Below, one piece after another: positions 60,935-64,000 of a stretch of DNA of 64,000 nucleotides. The position numbers and the translations under genes are program-made. Where the stretch lies: assembly GCF_009914755.1 (NCBI RefSeq), contig NC_060926.1; one strand, given 5' to 3'. The notes beneath the pieces are model-generated. The model was not told the origin of the DNA, did no database searches, and was given only the letters and a program-made list of their open reading frames with translations. The stretch's first letter is position 1. Every line of letters begins with the position of its first letter. The stretch comes from the human T2T-CHM13v2.0 reference genome, Homo sapiens.

Positions 60935-61250
60935 TCTCATAGTTCCCTCTGCCTCTCTACATTTGGCTACTTCTAGTTCATCTGGTCCTACCTTAAAGGT
61001 CACCACCTTCAAGACGCCCTTCAAAATCCCGCTGTTCTAGATTAGGTGCCTGTTCTGTGAAACTTGGCAACACCCAGCTTTTGTCTGTCATGATTGTTTG
61101 TTGAACTGCAATACACTCTCCTGTTTGATCGTCAGTCTCCCCATAGGATCTTAAATTGCCTATGATTTTGTTTTTTACCACTGTGTTTCTGTCATCATTA
61201 AAAAATTCTGTTCATATTTTATGTTCAATATGTATTTGATAAATTAAAGT
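60935..61250 (+). mobile_element. L2 3' fragment
   Basis: gttccctctgcc...ggctacttctagttcatc...ttaaaggtcaccacct...ttcaatatgtatttgataaattaa, a degenerate L2 tail. Confidence 0.55.
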
Positions 61251-61744
61251 GCATAGAACATGTTTGCTACAAATTTGTCTCTTCTTCCTCTGCTCTTATT
61301 ATTAAGGATATAGAAATGAAAGTTTCTTTCCACTGATATTTTAACAGAAAGATGATATGAAAGTCTCTTCTAGTTAAAACCATGTTATAAAGTATAATTG
61401 AGCCAAAATTTTTGACGTCTAATGACTGAATTAGATTGCCCATTCAGGGTTAAATTAGAAACAGTAACTTAGAATGATAGAAAAACACAGATGATGAAAA
61501 AATAGGAAGCAAACTTTAAGAGCCCAGTTTATGTTGCGTGTGTGTGTGTGTCATAAAGCTACACATATATAAACACACTTACCAAATAAATTCCCTTTCC
61601 TTAAATAAATTCCAGCCTTTTTAGCTATAAATACAATAAACAAGAGGTATCCATTGGAGAAAGAAATAACCACGGATTAGGTTAAATGGGAGGATTTTAA
61701 TATAGTAATTAAAAATATTATTGTTAATATTTTATTTACACAGC

Positions 61745-62545
61745 CATATAGTTACGCAAACTCCAAATTTCCACACTGCTATGTAGAAAACAGATAGCTT
61801 AGCGATTACTGTCATTGTATCATTTTTCTCAAATATAAAGGCTGAAGTAATTTGTGGATATAAAATTTCCAGATATCCAGATGAGAATAAATACAACATA
61901 TTAATAAACTTACAGTTAAAAGATTATAAAACAAATTAGAGTTCTTAATGTTTGTCAAAGTTTGCATAATTATAATCAATAAATTATTTAATAAAGATGA
62001 AAACTATAAGAGTTTTTAAGGATTTGCAATATAATATGGCTTAATTATTTTATTAAATATTTAACTTGAAAAACACCTTAACTTATATTTGTAATTAAAA
62101 TATTTCTGTTGTTAAAAGTTTGTAACAATTTTGTGCAAAAAAAAATTTAAAAAATTTTGTTTTAATGTATGTGATATCTTGACATTTTTCATTTTGCTTA
62201 TTTTTAAAAGAAATTACAAATTCTACAGTCTGCATTATAATTTATATTTGTCTATTTAATCAGCAACATAATTATTTATACAGACAATAAATGTCTAAAA
62301 TTAATTTATTTTACATAATCATTAAAAATGACAGCATATAATTTTTAAATTTGTCTTCATTTCTGTAAGATATTTCTCCATATTTATTAGTAATTTGTTT
62401 AGCATAATTTAATAATGAGATGTGGACATATATTTACCGAAACTCAAAATTTCCTCAATTTTTTGTAGAAAACACATAGCTTAGTAATCACCGTCATTGT
62501 ATCATTTTTTAATATGGAGGCTGAAATAATTTGCAGGTATAAAAT
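61745..62545. repeat. Diverged ~120 bp direct repeat (61745-61866 and 62427-62545)
   Basis: Shared aaactc.aaatttcc...tgtagaaaaca.atagcttag..at.ac.gtcattgtatcattttt...aggctgaa.taatttg..g.tataaaat. Confidence 0.9.
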
Positions 62546-62557
62546 ATACTGCTTCAT

Positions 62558-62842
<285 letters not shown>

Positions 62843-63810
62843 TATATATAAATATATACATAAATATATATATATAAATATAGACATAAATATATATATA
62901 TAAATATAGACATAAATATATATGCATAAATATATATATGCATAAATATATATAAAAATATATATAAATATATACATAAATATATATAAATATATACAAA
63001 AATATATATAAATATATAAAAAAATATATAAATATATATACACATATATAAATATATATACATACATATATAAACATATATACATAAATATATATGTATA
63101 AATATATATACACATAAATATATGTATGAATATATATACATAAATATATATGTATAAATATATATACATAAATATATAAAGATATATACATAAATATATA
63201 TAAATATATATACATAAATATATATAAATATATATAAATAGATATATAAATATATATATAAATATATAAATATATAAATATATATATAAATATATAAATA
63301 TATAAAAATAGATATATAAATATATATATAAATATATAAATATATATATAAATATATATAAATATATAAATATATATATAAATATATATAAATATATAAA
63401 TATATATAAATATATAAATATATATATAAATATATATAAATATATAAATATATATAAATATATATAAATATATAAATATATATATAAATATATATAAATA
63501 TATAAATATATATATAAATATATAAATATATAAATATATATATAAATATATAAATATATATAAATATATATAAATATATAAATATATATAAATATATATA
63601 AATATATAAATATATATAAATATATATAAATATATAAATATATATAAATATATATAAATATATATAAATATATAAATATATATAAATATATATAAATATA
63701 TATAAATATATAAATATATATAAATATATATAAATATATATAAATATATAAATATATATATAAATATAAATATATATAAATATATAAATATATATATAAA
63801 TATATATATA
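62843..63810. repeat. ~970 bp (TA)nAA minisatellite derived from the AluY tail
   Basis: Units such as TATATAAA and TATATATAAA; no G or C from 63312 to 63812. Confidence 0.98.
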
Positions 63811-64000
63811 TACTGTTTCATTTATATCTGCTATATATGAGACTGTTTTCCAAGTTACATGTCAAGGCAAAGTTAAGATCTTAATGACATTTATAAGAAA
63901 TTTTTAACATGAACTTTAGAATTCAATAAAATAAAGCTTTTTTTCACCACCCTACATAAACACAATCATGTGATTTTTTTTCTATGAAAGTGTTTCTCAT

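Overview
This is primate (human-like) nuclear DNA. It is AT-rich, CpG-depleted and dominated by decayed transposable elements: about 18 Alu copies or fragments (FAM, AluJ, AluS, AluY), L1 fragments of many ages, MaLR/ERV1/ERVL LTRs and internal segments, DNA-transposon relics (MER53, MER6, MER104, Tigger) and microsatellites. I can support no protein-coding gene, RNA gene or CRISPR array. The long ORFs in the track are read-throughs of Alu, L1 or low-complexity DNA. Most L1s and LTRs lie on the minus strand, which suggests (inference) an intron of a long plus-strand transcript. I found no evidence of a new biological system. The most unusual direct observations are: (i) several fold-back or template-switch inverted duplications (2409-2649, 4081-4171, 9159-9196, 57993-58073); (ii) an AluY whose tail expanded into about 970 bp of A/T repeat still bounded by its target-site duplication (TSD); (iii) a CpG-rich CCT/CCG tract bracketed by a duplicated 21-mer, with an exon-like segment about 500 bp downstream; (iv) a nested and partly inverted ERVL cluster at 44-55 kb; (v) a diverged ~120 bp direct repeat in apparently non-TE DNA. 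Repeat subfamily names come from recalled consensus sequences and need RepeatMasker/Dfam confirmation. Boundaries are approximate unless a TSD is quoted.
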